Virus record (IMG/VR): IMGVR_UViG_3300029615_000175
Coordinates: 1-42,765 of that record
Reading direction: 5' to 3' (one strand)
Source: a virus
Length of the DNA stretch: 42,765 nt
Each line of letters opens with the position of its first letter. The first letter of the stretch is position 1. The notes below the pieces were generated by a model, which searched no databases, was not told where the DNA came from, and worked only from the letters and a program-made list of their open reading frames with translations. Positions 41,431 to 42,765 of this stretch are shown piece by piece. The translations under genes were made by a program, and so were the position numbers.

Positions 41431-41466
41431 GAGGCAAGTTGAAATTAATCAACTTGCCTCTTTTTT
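41431..41466 (+). terminator. Terminator of late operon
   Basis: GAGGCAAGTTGA-AATTAA-TCAACTTGCCTC perfect 12-bp stem then T6. Confidence 0.92.
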
Positions 41467-41657
41467 GCATTTTATAGATAAATTTGAGATATAAAACTAT
41501 ATTAATGAAAAAATAAAAAGCCTTTAAAACGATTCTGAAAAGCCGATTTTTAAGCATTTTTTGTCGAAAAAATATTATATTGAAATGTCAAACTTCGACA
41601 AACAATTCAAATTAAATATGCTATAATAAGAGCATAAGAAAAGATGTCTGGACAAAA

Positions 41658-41683
41658 GGGAAGTCTTTGCACTTCTCTTTTTT
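41658..41683 (+). terminator. Rho-independent terminator of a very short transcription unit
   Basis: GGGAAGT-CTTTGC-ACTTCTC then T run; TATAAT at 41622-41627 upstream. Confidence 0.65.
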
Positions 41684-41702
41684 ATTAGAAAATATTACAT
41701 TT

Positions 41703-41716
41703 CCACCATAGTGGAT
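41703..41716. promoter_or_regulatory. Palindromic operator-like site TCCACCATAGTGGA, copy 1
   Basis: 14-mer identical to 42021-42034; each lies about 50 bp upstream of a small right-end gene. Confidence 0.6.
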
Positions 41717-41768
41717 AAAATGTATGCTATAAGAGAAAGTAGAGCATACTAAAGCAAAAGGTGGAAAA

Positions 41769-41970
41769 ATGAGAATAGAAATATTATTGAAAGAGATCAG
41801 AGTTAAAAAGCGGATATAGTCTAGAAAAATTGTCAAAAGCAACAGGCATATCTAGCTCACATTTGAATTATATAGAACGAAATGAAAAAGAACCGTCTTT
41901 AAGTAATGCAATAATAATAGCACAAGCATTAAATGTAGATATAAAAGAATTATATAGAATAGTACCTTAA
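41769..41970 (+). CDS. XRE family HTH regulator, requires +1 shift at CGG 41811-41813 (66 aa)
   Basis: Zero frame MRIEILLKEIRVKK-RI*; skipping C41811 gives MRIEILLKEIRVKK-GYSLEKLSKATGISSSHLNYIERNEKEPSLSNAIIIAQALNVDIKELYRIVP*, a canonical HTH_3 domain. Confidence 0.92.
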
Positions 41971-42020
41971 AAGTACTATTTTATTTTTTTCGTATATGAA
42001 ATTGGTACTTTCGTAAAATA

Positions 42021-42034
42021 TCCACCATAGTGGA
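42021..42034. promoter_or_regulatory. Palindromic operator-like site TCCACCATAGTGGA, copy 2
   Basis: Identical to 41703-41716. Confidence 0.6.
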
Positions 42035-42081
42035 TGGAATTATATATATTTATACTGCAGAAAAGAAAAAGGAGAGGTAGT

Positions 42082-42219
42082 ATGGATGTAGTAGAAAATG
42101 AAATAATTAAAGAACTAAATTATATTGATGAGAAAAAGTATCAACAGTTTAAGAAAAAAATGGGGAAAAAGGGGGATTATTTTAGTTTTAAAGAACTTGA
42201 AATATTACAAAAAATGTAA
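42082..42219 (+). CDS. Small phage protein, 45 aa
   Basis: MDVVENEIIKELNYIDEKKYQQFKKKMGKKGDYFSFKELEILQKM, AGGAG RBS. Confidence 0.6.
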   Translation: MDVVENEIIKELNYIDEKKYQQFKKKMGKKGDYFSFKELEILQKM

Positions 42220-42229
42220 ATGTTTTTTA

Positions 42230-42248
42230 GCGTAATTTTAGCGTAAAT
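42230..42248 (+). repeat. Putative integrase arm-type site (right), GCGTAATTTTAGCGTAAAT
   Basis: Identical to 2928-2946. Confidence 0.6.
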
Positions 42249-42368
42249 TAATACAAAAAACTTACTATAAAATGATAATATATGCTAGTCAATGTTGTGT
42301 GATGAAATGTTAGAGTATCAAGCAATACAGACACTTTTATATATGTCCCCAATATTGCTTAGATACTC

Positions 42369-42413
<45 letters not shown>

Positions 42414-42532
42414 CGACGTTTCTGTTCGAACTTTTTTAGAACAGATAGATATGAAAATCAATCAGTAAAATGGTTGATTTTTTCTTTTGCAAAAAATCAT
42501 CCTAATTCTATATGGAAAGGATGGTGTTTGAT

Positions 42533-42765
42533 ATGAAGATAATTAAACAAGAACTAGAATTTGAGGAATGTCTAAAACAACGACTTGAATTTATATGTGA
42601 GTTTTCAAAAGTTACTCCTACTTTTATCAATGGTAGTATCAGAAAACTAGATAAAACTAATCTTACATATATTGAACCACATAGAGTGATTATTAAAAAT
42701 ATTACTCTTTTAGTTTTTAATTATTCAAATGATGTGTATATTTCAAATTTAACTAAAAAGATTAA
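42533..42765 (+). CDS. Hypothetical host protein, truncated by the window end
   Basis: Frame open from ATG after ggaaaggatgg to the window end (MKIIKQELEFEECLKQRLEFICEF...). Confidence 0.55.
   Translation, partial: MKIIKQELEFEECLKQRLEFICEFSKVTPTFINGSIRKLDKTNLTYIEPHRVIIKNITLLVFNYSNDVYISNLTKKI

Overview
Low-GC Firmicutes/Clostridia-like chromosome segment. It carries a complete ~39.5 kb siphovirus-type prophage between two exact 45-bp att repeats (2831-2875 and 42369-42413) that are the 3' half of a tRNA-Gly gene. The left flank holds a polysaccharide deacetylase, an alpha-amylase and cysE. Prophage order: integrase, CI/Cro switch, DUF1351 / Bet recombinase / MBL nuclease / NinB-like / RusA, small ORFs, terminase, SPP1-like portal and minor head protein, scaffold, capsid, tail, holin and amidase. 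The main finding is that seven prophage genes are each interrupted by an apparent +1 frameshift, and all seven occur at an in-frame CGG codon (CGGA x5, CGGC x2). Skipping the C, or reading CGGN as a quadruplet, restores a protein-like or family-typical frame with Gly at that position. By eye I found no in-frame CGG read as ordinary Arg anywhere in the window. The tRNA-Gly at the attachment site has an abnormal anticodon arm: loop C-UUCCG-A with G37 and a defective or bulged stem that could open to 8 nt. Its UCCG is exactly complementary to the quadruplet CGGA. I propose a natural +1 frameshifting (quadruplet-decoding) tRNA-Gly on which the phage depends and into whose gene it integrates. Secondary findings are an Acb2/Tad1-like putative cyclic-nucleotide sponge flanked by two structured RNA candidates, a stand-alone Cas2/VapD-like gene, putative integrase arm sites, and repeated palindromic operators. 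All comparisons to families are from memory; no searches were run.
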